Origin: an uncultured Verrucomicrobiae bacterium
Lineage (GTDB): Bacteria; Verrucomicrobiota; Verrucomicrobiia; Chthoniobacterales; UBA10450
NCBI GenBank assembly: GCA_963834385.1
Contig: CAWIBO010000002.1
Coordinates: forward strand, 1,184,001 to 1,248,000
Length of the DNA: 64,000 nucleotides
Direction: 5' to 3'
Every line of letters begins with the position of its first letter. The first letter of the stretch is position 1. Of this stretch, positions 50,536-59,405 are shown piece after piece. A model generated the notes under the pieces. It was not told the DNA's origin. It was given only the letters and a program-made list of their open reading frames with translations, and searched no databases. The position numbers and the translations under genes are program-made.

Positions 50536-51411
50536 ATGCGAAGCATGACGGGATACGGCCGGGGCGAAAGCCACCTGGGCGACGCCAAGGTGAGCGTGGA
50601 ACTCAATTCCGTGAACCGGAAGCAGAGCGACATCGTGGTCAACCTGCCGCGCGACCTGGTGGCGCTGGAGGCGCGCATCCGGCAGGCGATCAACGAGCGC
50701 ATTGCCCGGGGCCGCATGAACGTGCTCATCGGGTTCCAGGGGAACGCCAACGGCGCGCGCAAACTGGCCCTCGATACCGCGCTGGCCCGCTCCTATCACG
50801 AGGCCATGCGCACGCTGCAGAAGGAACTGGACGCGCCCGGCGAAATCACCATCGGCGCCATTCTGCAGGCGCCCGGGGTCATGCGCATGCCGGAGGAAAC
50901 GGTGGAACCCGAAGAGGCGTGGCCCGCGGTGCAGCAGGCACTGGAGGACGCCCTGGCCGAGTTGATCAAGATGCGCGAACGCGAGGGCAAGCACCTGGCG
51001 AAGGATCTGATTCATCGCCTGAAGACATTGCGCCAGGAACTCAAGAGCGTGCGCGCCCTGCATCCGGACGTGACCAGGCGCTACCGGGCCAGCCTGCTGG
51101 AACGGATCAACAAGGCGGGCCTCGGGCTGGATGAGGCGGATGAACGGCTGCTCAAGGAAATCACTTTTTTTGCCGACCGGGCCGATATCAGCGAAGAACT
51201 GACGCGGCTGGAGAGTCACCTGGCGCAGTTTGCCCATACTCTGCGCCGGAATGAACCGGTCGGGCGCACGCTCGAGTTCCTGGCCCAGGAGATTTTCCGT
51301 GAGCTGAACACCCTTGGGGCGAAGGCGAACGACGCCGACATTGCGCGGCATATTGTGGCGGGGAAGGCGGAACTGGAGAAGATCCGGGAGCAGATACAGA
51401 ACCTTGAGTAA
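50536..51411 (+). CDS. yicC: YicC/YloC family endoribonuclease
   Basis: SMTGYGR, SVNRK, DISEELTRLESH, GRTLEFLAQE..RELNTLGAK, REQIQNLE. Confidence 0.93.
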   Translation: MRSMTGYGRGESHLGDAKVSVELNSVNRKQSDIVVNLPRDLVALEARIRQAINERIARGRMNVLIGFQGNANGARKLALDTALARSYHEAMRTLQKELDAPGEITIGAILQAPGVMRMPEETVEPEEAWPAVQQALEDALAELIKMREREGKHLAKDLIHRLKTLRQELKSVRALHPDVTRRYRASLLERINKAGLGLDEADERLLKEITFFADRADISEELTRLESHLAQFAHTLRRNEPVGRTLEFLAQEIFRELNTLGAKANDADIARHIVAGKAELEKIREQIQNLE

Positions 51412-52021
51412 CCAATTCAGCCGTTACGGCATTCTTTTCGTGGTCTCCGCGCCCTCCGGCGCGGGCAAGACGACCCTGTGCGACGCGTTGCGGCAGACAC
51501 CCGATTTCATCTACTCCGTTTCCTGCACGACGCGGCCGCCGCGCGCGGGCGAGATCGAGGGCGAAGATTACCAGTTCATGGCCGAGGACGAGTTTCTCCG
51601 GCGCGTTAAGGGGAATGAGTTCCTGGAGCACGCCCAGGTGCACGACCATTACTACGGGACGCTGCGCGCCCCGATTCAGGCGCACCTGAGGGAGGGCGTG
51701 GATGTGCTGATCGACATCGATACGCAGGGCGCCGCCGCCATCCGTGACTGCGATGATGCTTTCATTCGCGAAGCCCTCAGCGATGTCTTCATCATGCCGC
51801 CCGACCTGGAGGAGCTGCGGCGGCGGCTGACCAAGCGCGGGACGGAGACGCCGGCCCAGATCGAGCGGCGGCTCCAGACCGCCGCGCGTGAAATGGAGCT
51901 GTGGCGCGACTATCGTTACACCATCATCAGCAAATCCATGGAGGAAGACCTCCTGAAGTTCAGGCACATCATGGGCGCGGAGCGAATGGCCAGCCGCCGA
52001 CTGATCCGGAGCGGAGGATAA
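51404..52021 (+). CDS. gmk: Guanylate kinase
   Basis: SAPSGAGKTT, SVSCTTRPPR.GE..GEDY, YYGT, DIDTQGA. Confidence 0.95.
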   Translation: MSNQFSRYGILFVVSAPSGAGKTTLCDALRQTPDFIYSVSCTTRPPRAGEIEGEDYQFMAEDEFLRRVKGNEFLEHAQVHDHYYGTLRAPIQAHLREGVDVLIDIDTQGAAAIRDCDDAFIREALSDVFIMPPDLEELRRRLTKRGTETPAQIERRLQTAAREMELWRDYRYTIISKSMEEDLLKFRHIMGAERMASRRLIRSGG

Positions 52022-52638
52022 TGAAAAGGAAGCCTGCGCGGACAAAACCGATCGGCTCGAAGGACCAGGCGGGAAAAGGAAGCGGCCGTTCCGTCGTCCT
52101 GGGGGTGACCGGCTCAATTGCCGCCTACAAGTCAGCCGAACTGGCCAGCCTGCTGGTGAAGCAGGGCCACCGCGTCACCGTGGTGATGACAAAGGATGCC
52201 ACCGAGTTTGTCACGCCGCTGACACTGCAAACGCTTTCCAAGAACCCGGTCATGACCAGTTTCTATGATGAAAAGGAAAGCTGGCGCCCGGGACACATCG
52301 AGATCGCCGACAAGGCGAGCCTGGTGGTGATTGCCCCGGCTACGGCGCACGTCATCGCGGAACTGGCGCAGGGGCTGGCCGGTCATCCGCTGGCGGCGAT
52401 CGCCCTGGCCACGCGCGCCCCGATCCTGGTGGCGCCGGCAATGAACGGCAAGATGTGGGAGCACCCCGCCACGCAGGCGAATGTGGCCCTGCTGAAAAAG
52501 CGCGGGGTCGAGTTTATCGGGCCCGAAGCCGGCATGCTCGCCTGCGGCTACGAAGGCGTCGGTCGTCTCTGGCAGGTGAACGACATCGCCTTCCGCGCGG
52601 AGTTTCTCCTGGCGCGGCAGGACAATCTCCTCGCGTGA
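52021..52638 (+). CDS. coaC: Phosphopantothenoylcysteine decarboxylase (stand-alone)
   Basis: [35 protein letters not shown]. Confidence 0.92.
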   Translation: MKRKPARTKPIGSKDQAGKGSGRSVVLGVTGSIAAYKSAELASLLVKQGHRVTVVMTKDATEFVTPLTLQTLSKNPVMTSFYDEKESWRPGHIEIADKASLVVIAPATAHVIAELAQGLAGHPLAAIALATRAPILVAPAMNGKMWEHPATQANVALLKKRGVEFIGPEAGMLACGYEGVGRLWQVNDIAFRAEFLLARQDNLLA

Positions 52639-53288
52639 AGTTTCTCGTCACCGCGGGCCCGACGCGGGAGCCGATCGATCCCGTGCGTTTCCTGAGCAAC
52701 CGTTCGTCGGGGCGGATGGGGTACGCCCTGGCGGAGGCGGCGCGCGCGGCCGGGCACGAGGTGACACTGGTGAGCGGGCCGGTGGCGTTGCCAGCGCCCG
52801 CCGGGGTGGAGGTGACACGGGTTGAGACCGCGGCGGAGATGCTGGCGGCGGTGCGGGCGGCGCTTCACGGCGCGGAAGTGGTCATCCTGTGCGCCGCCGT
52901 GGCCGATTACCGCCCGCGAACGATCGCCACGCGAAAGTTGAAGAAGACCGAGGCGACGATGGTGCTCGAGTTGGAGCGCACGACCGACATCCTGGCGGAG
53001 ATCGCGGCGGCGCCGCGCTCGTTTCTCCTCGCGGGGTTCGCCGCGGAGACGAATGACGTCGCGGAGAACGCGCGGCGAAAACTCGCGGCGAAAGGATGCG
53101 ACGCGATCGTGGCGAACGATGTCAGCGGAACCGAAACGGGAATGGAAAGCGATGAGAACGAAGTGGAAATTTTCTTTCGTGAAGGCGCTTCACGAAAAAT
53201 TCCACGCGCTTCGAAGCAAAAAATCGCGCGCGAGCTCGTGAAATTATTTTTTGAGATGCATCAAAAAAGTTTGACAAAAAATTCGTGA
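52635..53288 (+). CDS. coaB: Phosphopantothenate-cysteine ligase (stand-alone)
   Basis: [43 protein letters not shown]. Confidence 0.92.
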   Translation: MKFLVTAGPTREPIDPVRFLSNRSSGRMGYALAEAARAAGHEVTLVSGPVALPAPAGVEVTRVETAAEMLAAVRAALHGAEVVILCAAVADYRPRTIATRKLKKTEATMVLELERTTDILAEIAAAPRSFLLAGFAAETNDVAENARRKLAAKGCDAIVANDVSGTETGMESDENEVEIFFREGASRKIPRASKQKIARELVKLFFEMHQKSLTKNS

Positions 53289-53298
53289 TGATTAGTCA
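53262..53298 (+). promoter_or_regulatory. Sigma-70-type promoter candidate for the Lys-rich micro-ORF
   Basis: TTGACA at 53271-53276 flanked by A-tracts inside the AT-enriched 3' end of coaB; -10 only weak (TAGTCA 53293-53298). Confidence 0.5.
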
Positions 53299-53367
53299 AC
53301 GTGGTAAGTGAACACGACAAAAGAGTTCACACCCACCGCGATTGCGGATTGAAAGGGGGGATACCTC

Positions 53368-53442
53368 ATGCCAGCAAAGAAGAAAGCTGCTAAGAAAAAA
53401 GCTGTTAAGAAAAAGTCGGCCGCTAAGAAAAAGAAACATTAG
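53368..53442 (+). CDS. 24-aa Lys/Ala-rich micro-protein MPAKKKAAKKKAVKKKSAAKKKKH
   Basis: AAAGGGGGGA Shine-Dalgarno-like run just upstream of ATG, clean frame to TAG, downstream terminator; below ORF-track cutoff. Confidence 0.75.
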   Translation: MPAKKKAAKKKAVKKKSAAKKKKH

Positions 53443-53503
53443 TTTCGTCAGGCAGACTTAATGGAACCCGAATCTCTTTCGGGCTTCCGCACGCAACTTC
53501 AAC

Positions 53504-53542
53504 CCGGGAGGAGAGCGCAAGTTCTCCTCCCGGTTTCTTTTT
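53504..53542 (+). terminator. Rho-independent terminator
   Basis: CCGGGAGGAGAGC-GCAA-GTTCTCCTCCCGG 13-bp stem with GNRA loop, followed by TTTCTTTTT. Confidence 0.88.
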
Positions 53543-53596
53543 CCGGCAGGAAATTTTCGGGCGCGCCCCGGGCGGAACACGTTTAATCTCGCGGGC

Positions 53597-54343
53597 ATGA
53601 CGGAGTATCTCGAGGCGGCGGTGACGGCGGCGCGCAATGCCGGCGCCCTCCTGCGCAACCACTTTGGAAAGCCGCTCGAGGTCAACGAGGTGGCCCGGCA
53701 CGACATCAAGCTCGAGATCGACGTGCGGACGCAGGACCAGATCACCCGGGAACTGCTCGGGCGCTTTCCGGCGCACGCCCTTTATGGCGAGGAGGGAATC
53801 GTGGGCGACCAGGCGAGCGAGTTCCAGTGGGTGGTCGATCCGCTCGATGGCACGGTCAACTTCTTCTACAGCGTCCCGCACTTCTGCGTTTCCATCGCCC
53901 TGCGCCAGGCCGGGCGGATCATCCTCGGCGTGATCTACGATCCGATGCGGGACGAGCTTTGGCAGGTCGGCGAAGGCGAGCCGGCGCGGCTCAACGGGGA
54001 ACCGTGCCGGGTCAGCCGGCGGACCGAGCTTTCCGAGGCGATTCTTTCGGTGGGGCTTTCCAAGACGGGAACCACGATCGAGGCGGGTCTGCCGTTGCTG
54101 CAGAGCTTCGTGCGGCGCGCGCGCAAATGCCGGATGATGGGCAGCGCGGCGCTCGACATGGCCTACGTGGCCTGCGGCCGGCTCGACGCCTACATTGAGC
54201 CCGGGGTGAGCCTGTGGGATATCGCCGCGGGCAAGATCCTGGTGGAGAATGCAGGCGGACGGGTGGAAATGACCGAGCGAACCGATTTCAAGAACAAGTA
54301 CAGCGTGGTCGCTTCGAGCGGCCTGCTCGACCTGCAGCCATGA
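53597..54343 (+). CDS. suhB: Inositol monophosphatase family protein
   Basis: GEE, WVVDPLDGTVNF, GSAALDMAYVACGRLD, WDIAAG. Confidence 0.88.
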   Translation: MTEYLEAAVTAARNAGALLRNHFGKPLEVNEVARHDIKLEIDVRTQDQITRELLGRFPAHALYGEEGIVGDQASEFQWVVDPLDGTVNFFYSVPHFCVSIALRQAGRIILGVIYDPMRDELWQVGEGEPARLNGEPCRVSRRTELSEAILSVGLSKTGTTIEAGLPLLQSFVRRARKCRMMGSAALDMAYVACGRLDAYIEPGVSLWDIAAGKILVENAGGRVEMTERTDFKNKYSVVASSGLLDLQP

Positions 54344-54816
54344 TTCGCACCGGCATCGGTTATGACGCCCACCGGCTTGTCGCCGGACGTAAACTCGTGC
54401 TTGGAGGCGTGGAAATTCCGCATGAGCGCGGCCTTGAAGGCCATTCCGACGCCGACGTCCTGGTGCACGCGATCGCCGACGCCCTGCTCGGCGCGGCCGG
54501 GGAAGCGGATATCGGCCATCATTTTCCGAACACGGACGAAGCCATCCGGGGGATCAGCAGCATCGAGATCCTGGCGCGGGCGGTGGAACTGCTGGCGGCG
54601 AAGGGAGCACGCCCGGTCAACATCGATGCCACCCTGATCGCGGAAGCGCCGAAGATCGCGCCGCACATCCCCGCCATGCGGGAGAAGCTGGCCGGCGCGC
54701 TCGGCCTTGGGCAGGATCGCGTCAGCATCAAGGCGACCACGAATGAGGGGCTGGGCACGATCGGTCGCGGCGAAGGGATGGCGGCGATGGCCGTGGCCAC
54801 GATCGAGCAGGGGTAA
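54340..54816 (+). CDS. ispF: 2-C-methyl-D-erythritol 2,4-cyclodiphosphate synthase
   Basis: GIGYDAH, GHSDADV..HAIADALLGA, DIGHHFP, KATTNEGLG. Confidence 0.96.
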   Translation: MIRTGIGYDAHRLVAGRKLVLGGVEIPHERGLEGHSDADVLVHAIADALLGAAGEADIGHHFPNTDEAIRGISSIEILARAVELLAAKGARPVNIDATLIAEAPKIAPHIPAMREKLAGALGLGQDRVSIKATTNEGLGTIGRGEGMAAMAVATIEQG

Positions 54817-54821
54817 GCCGG

Positions 54822-56210
54822 ATGGCGTTGCGTCTATTCAACACCCGGTCGCGCGTCCTGGAGGAGTTCCAGCCGCTGGACCCGGCGGGGCCCGTGCGGA
54901 TGTACACCTGCGGGCCGACGGTTTACAGCCACGCGCACATCGGAAATTTCCGCGCCTACCTCTTCGAGGACCTCCTGCAGCGTCACCTCGAGCGCCGCGG
55001 TTTTCGGGTGCAGCGGGTGATGAACATCACCGACGTGGACGACAAGACGATCAGGGGGGCCCGGCAGGCGGGCGTGCCACTGGCCGACTTCACCGCGCCG
55101 TTCCGGAAAGCCTTTCATGAGGACCTGGCGGCGCTCCGGATCAAACCGGCGGACGAATATCCTGCGGCGACGGAGGAGCGCCACATCCGGCGGATGATTG
55201 AGATGATCGGGACGCTGATGGAGCGCGGGCTGGCCTACAAGGCGGAGGACAACTCGGTCTATTTCCGCATCCGGGAGTTTCCCGACTACGGCAAGCTGGC
55301 GCATTTCAACCTGGACGAGTTGCAGGCCAGCGGGCGGGTCAAGAACGACGAGTACGACAAGGAGCATGTGGGGGATTTTGCGCTCTGGAAGGCGTGGGAC
55401 GAGGAGGATGGCGAGGTGGCCTGGGAAAGTCCGTGGGGCCGGGGCCGACCCGGCTGGCATATCGAGTGCAGCGCGATGGCGACGCAGATCCTGGGCGACC
55501 AGCTCGATCTCCATTGCGGAGGGGTGGACAACATCTTCCCGCATCACGAAGCCGAGATTGCGCAAACCGAAGGCGTGACCGGGAAGGCGTTTGTCCGTTA
55601 CTGGGTGCATTGCGCGCATCTGCTGGTCGAGGGGCAGAAGATGTCGAAGTCCCTCGGCAATTTTTACACCCTGCGCGATGTGCTGGAGCGCGGTTACAGC
55701 GGGCGGGAAGCGCGCTACGCCCTGCTCCGGGTGCATTACCGGAGCCAGCTCAACTTCACCTGGGACGGGATGGAGGAGGCGCGACAGGCCCTGGGCCGGG
55801 TCGATGAGTGGCTCGTCCGGTTGCGGGCGACGGCCGCGTCGTCGCCCGAGGGAGAGATCGCTGACGGGTTTGCCGAGGCCCTCGATGACGACCTGAACAT
55901 TTCGGGCGCGCTCGGCTTTCTCTTCGAGAGCATTCGGGAAACGAACCGGCTTATGGACGGGGGAGAATTGACCGGGGGCCGGGCCTCGGCCTGGCTGGCC
56001 TGGTGGGAGCAGGTCAATGCCGTCCTGCAACTGGAGGGGGGCGAGGCGGAGAAAACGCCGGTGGAAGTCGAGCGGCTCGGGGAGGAGCGGGCGCAGGCAA
56101 GGCTTGCAAAAAACTGGGCGCGCAGTGATGAATTGCGCGAGCAGATCGCGGCCCTGGGCTGGGATGTGCGCGACACCAAGGACGGCCAGAAGATCAGCCG
56201 GGCCCTGTGA
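54822..56210 (+). CDS. cysS: Cysteine-tRNA ligase
   Basis: YTCGPTVY, HIGN, DFALWK, GRPGWHIECSAM, FPHHE, KMSKS. Confidence 0.97.
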   Translation: MALRLFNTRSRVLEEFQPLDPAGPVRMYTCGPTVYSHAHIGNFRAYLFEDLLQRHLERRGFRVQRVMNITDVDDKTIRGARQAGVPLADFTAPFRKAFHEDLAALRIKPADEYPAATEERHIRRMIEMIGTLMERGLAYKAEDNSVYFRIREFPDYGKLAHFNLDELQASGRVKNDEYDKEHVGDFALWKAWDEEDGEVAWESPWGRGRPGWHIECSAMATQILGDQLDLHCGGVDNIFPHHEAEIAQTEGVTGKAFVRYWVHCAHLLVEGQKMSKSLGNFYTLRDVLERGYSGREARYALLRVHYRSQLNFTWDGMEEARQALGRVDEWLVRLRATAASSPEGEIADGFAEALDDDLNISGALGFLFESIRETNRLMDGGELTGGRASAWLAWWEQVNAVLQLEGGEAEKTPVEVERLGEERAQARLAKNWARSDELREQIAALGWDVRDTKDGQKISRAL

Positions 56211-56905
56211 GTGACCAAGCAATGTTCGCCCCCGAAGAATACCTGGCCCTTGAGCGCACCGCGCACGCGAAGCTGTTCGAGAACCAAAAGTATGTCTGGG
56301 ACGCGCTGAAACAGATTGAGAGTTACCTGCAATTCCGGCTGAAACCGGCGGTGCTGGGCGAGCTGGTGGGGAAACCGTTCCTGAGCAACGCCGTCTTTGT
56401 GGGGGCCGGGACCGTGGTGGAACAGGGCGCCGTGCTGAAAGGACCGGCCTGGATCGGCGAGAACTGTCAGATCCGCAGCGGCTGTTATGTGCGCGAAAAC
56501 GTGATCGTGGGCGACGGCGCCGTCCTGGGGAACTCGTGCGAGTTCAAGAACTGCATCCTCTTCGATGAGGTGCAGGTGCCTCATTTCAACTACGTGGGCG
56601 ATTCGATCCTCGGTTACCGCGCCCATCTCGGGGCCGGGGTGATCCTCTCAAACGTGAAGCTGGATCACCGGGAAATCATGGTTGCCGCCACGGAGGGGAG
56701 CATCGCCACGGGCCTGAAAAAATTTGGGGCCATCATTGGCGACCGGACGGAAGTGGGCTGCAACGCCGTGATCAACCCCGGCGCGGTCATCGGCCGCGAT
56801 TGCATCATCTATCCCCAGACCAATTTCCGGGGCGTGCTGGCCGCCGGCAGCATCGTCAAGCTGCGGCAGACCACGCAGGTGCTGACCCGGCGCGACCTTG
56901 AATAA
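56207..56905 (+). CDS. Hexapeptide-repeat acyltransferase, GlmU C-terminal-like (no nucleotidyltransferase domain)
   Basis: GPAWIG, GNSCEFKN, PHFNYVGDSILG, TGLKKFGAIIGD, GCNAVINPG. Confidence 0.8.
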   Translation: MSDQAMFAPEEYLALERTAHAKLFENQKYVWDALKQIESYLQFRLKPAVLGELVGKPFLSNAVFVGAGTVVEQGAVLKGPAWIGENCQIRSGCYVRENVIVGDGAVLGNSCEFKNCILFDEVQVPHFNYVGDSILGYRAHLGAGVILSNVKLDHREIMVAATEGSIATGLKKFGAIIGDRTEVGCNAVINPGAVIGRDCIIYPQTNFRGVLAAGSIVKLRQTTQVLTRRDLE

Positions 56906-56908
56906 GGT

Positions 56909-57560
56909 TCATTCCGCCGTCGGAGCGGGCTGGTCGTCCAGCCAGCCGAGGTCGAAGAGCATGCGCTCGAACCACCGCGTCGTCCTCTCCTCGAAGATCT
57001 GCCCGGCCGTTTTCCTCCAGCGCCGGGCGGCCCTCTTTTCCCCGTGCGCAAAAGCCCAGGCCGCCTGGGCATAATAGTAGGAGGGAGATTCTGTCGGGAA
57101 CTTGATCGCGGCAAAGGCGGCCTGCGCTTTCTCCTCGTTCTTCTCCGCGAGGAAGGTCATGAGCACGGCGAAGCGCAGGCGCTCGTTTGAGATCAGGATA
57201 TTGGTCTCGCGCAGCACCTCCTCATAGGCCGCCCGCGCCTCGGGATAACGGCGGGCGCGAAAGTGCGCGTCCGCCAGGTGAAGCCGCGGGAGAAAAAGGG
57301 CGGGGTTGGCCTTGTGCGCGGCGGCAAAGGCGGTCCGGGCCTCCTCAAGGCGCCCTTGCTCGAGAAAAATGGCTCCGCGCAGGTCGAGGGCCTCGGCGCT
57401 TTCCTGGCCTGTGCTCTGGAGAAGGGCGGCTGACTCCTCCGGTTGGCCAGCGTGTAAAAGATTGCGGGCATGATCCACCACAGTGGAGACAGGCGCGACC
57501 GTTGCGGCCAGGCAGGGGGAAAGCGCGAGGAATAAGCCGCAGAGAAAACCGAGCCTGGGA
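56909..57560 (-). CDS. Secreted TPR protein; start codon not identifiable
   Basis: Signal-like RLGFLCGLFLALSPCLA then TPR-like helices; the ORF-track start lies across the tRNA. Confidence 0.6.
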
Positions 57561-57581
57561 GTGTGCCGGAGAAATCGGAAA

Positions 57582-57669
57582 TGGCGGATGGGCAGGGATT
57601 CGAACCCTGGGTGCCTTTCGGCACACACGCTTTCCAGGCGTGCACAATAGACCGCTCTGTCACCCATCC
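57582..57669 (-). tRNA. tRNA-Ser (GGA)
   Basis: GGATGGG/CCCATCC acceptor, CACGC-CTGGAAA-GCGTG anticodon arm, long variable arm GTGCC-GAAA-GGCAC, GGTTCGAATCC, CCA. Confidence 0.96.
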
Positions 57670-57681
57670 GGTTGATGCGGT

Positions 57682-58503
57682 TCAAAGCTGCAGCCGATGA
57701 AAGAGTTCGTCGAGCGGGAGTTGCAACCCGATGAAAAACTCGCCGAAATCGGCAAAATCGGCGCTGACCGGGTCAAAGCGCATCTCGTAAACGATGGCCT
57801 TGATCTGGAACGTGTCGCGGGCAAAGAGCGTGACGAACCATTCCGCGTCGTCGAGCCCGGTGGAGCCGGTGATGAGCTGCTTCACTTTCCCGGCGTACTG
57901 GCGGCCGACGCGGGCATGCCCGCCCATGAGCTGCCGGCGCTGGTCGTAGGGCAGGGAATACCAGTTGTGGCGGTCGCCCCGGCGCTTGCTCATGTTATAG
58001 AAGCAGACCACCGGCCAGTCGGGCAGGGTGGGATACACCCGTTCGTGCCGGTATTTGGCGATGCGTTCCCGGAAGCTGGCCATGGCCTGCTCGAACTCCG
58101 GCGTGCCGGGGGTGAGCTTCTCGCCGGATTCGAGGGTGGCGGCGTGTTCCTCATCGGTCGTGCGATACTCGCTCTCCTCCGTAAGGGAGAGATAACTGTA
58201 GACCGGCTCGAGGATGTCGGGACCGAGCGACTGGCTGAGTTTTTTCTCGAACTCGTTGGCCCGGTGCAGGTCGGGCGTCACGAGCATGAAGCCAAGGTCG
58301 GCCTTGGGCGTGACCATGCTCAGAGTCAGAAGCTGGGTGGATTCGGTGGCGCGGACCTCCTGCACGAGGGAGGAGAGACGGGTCTTGGCCTTGCGCCTTT
58401 CCTCGTCATGCAGGAGCTGCCACTGGCCCTGTTCCACCCGGTAGAAGAGATGGAGACAATGCCAGCCCTGTTCGGGCACCAGAGGAGCGGGTTTGTCGGA
58501 CAC
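57682..58503 (-). CDS. hemQ: Coproheme decarboxylase / chlorite dismutase-like heme protein
   Basis: GWHCLH, YSYLSLTEESEY, CFYNMSKRR..NWYSL, H..VGRQY, QLITGSTGLDDAEW, VYEMRFD..SA. Confidence 0.82.
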   Translation of the reverse strand: MSDKPAPLVPEQGWHCLHLFYRVEQGQWQLLHDEERRKAKTRLSSLVQEVRATESTQLLTLSMVTPKADLGFMLVTPDLHRANEFEKKLSQSLGPDILEPVYSYLSLTEESEYRTTDEEHAATLESGEKLTPGTPEFEQAMASFRERIAKYRHERVYPTLPDWPVVCFYNMSKRRGDRHNWYSLPYDQRRQLMGGHARVGRQYAGKVKQLITGSTGLDDAEWFVTLFARDTFQIKAIVYEMRFDPVSADFADFGEFFIGLQLPLDELFHRLQL

Positions 58504-58506
58504 AGG

Positions 58507-59325
58507 TTACTTTGACACTTCGCTGGGCGAGGGCGAGCCCGCCTGGGCCAGATGGGGCATGCAATATTCCTCGCCGTCGCGCGCGACGCGGAACTCCAGG
58601 CTGGGGTCGGTCTGCTCGGTCGCGCCGCAGATGGCGCACCGGTGCAACGGCTCGGCCTCGCTCTGCGAGCTTTCCTCGAAACGCCGGCGGCGGCTGGTGA
58701 CCGTGCGGCGGTGGCGGAAATTGCGGACATACTCCGGCCCGAAAAAGATGAGGTAATTGCTGAAAGCGGCGACCAGGGCCATGCGATAGGGGTTGGAGCC
58801 GGTGACGAAACCGAGCAGGAGGAAAAAGGCGAAGAACCAGGCCAGCCACTTGATCTTCACCGGCAGGACGAAAAGGATGTAAATGATCTCCTCCGGGTAA
58901 AAGCGGGCAAAGGCGAAGAAGAGCGAGGCGGCCAGCATTTCGTTGGAGAACTCCGCCCCGAAGACAAAGGCGGCCACGGTGGTGCCGATCATCCCGGCGA
59001 TGAAGTAGAGGGTGAGCCGGAAAGCGCCCCAGGCGCGTTCGAGGCCCTCGCCGATAAACCAGAGGAACCAGAGCGCAATGATAAGGAAAAGGGGGCTGAG
59101 CAGGCCGGCGCCCGGGCCCGGGGCGCGCGGGATGAAGATATAACTGACCAGTCGCCAGACCTCTCCGTCCTTCACCGCCGCGGGTTTCAGGTCGAGAACC
59201 GACATGAGATCGGGGTTTACGAAAAGGAGCAGGTAAACCATGAGGGTAAACCCGATCACGATGCGGATAAGGCCGGGAATGGCCATCCAGCCCATCCTGC
59301 GTTCAAGTCGATCAAGCCAGCTCAT
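58507..59325 (-). CDS. Rhomboid-like membrane protein with C-terminal Cys/His motif
   Basis: GEVWRLVSYIF, GEGLERAWG, PVKIKWL, HRCAICG..EYCMPHL. Confidence 0.7.
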   Translation of the reverse strand: MSWLDRLERRMGWMAIPGLIRIVIGFTLMVYLLLFVNPDLMSVLDLKPAAVKDGEVWRLVSYIFIPRAPGPGAGLLSPLFLIIALWFLWFIGEGLERAWGAFRLTLYFIAGMIGTTVAAFVFGAEFSNEMLAASLFFAFARFYPEEIIYILFVLPVKIKWLAWFFAFFLLLGFVTGSNPYRMALVAAFSNYLIFFGPEYVRNFRHRRTVTSRRRRFEESSQSEAEPLHRCAICGATEQTDPSLEFRVARDGEEYCMPHLAQAGSPSPSEVSK

Positions 59326-59405
59326 TCGGGGTATGATGTTAGAGGTCGTGGGCGGCCTCTTCAAGCGCGCGCCCCTGCGTTGACACCCCGCCGGCACGCG
59401 GTCTA

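Noticed and set aside
43844..57669. Prophage or integrative element at the tRNAs
   Set aside because: No integrase, no duplicated tRNA end, and the contents are largely housekeeping
59326..59405. Glycine riboswitch upstream of gcvT
   Set aside because: Only about 80 bp of divergent intergenic space and no aptamer motifs
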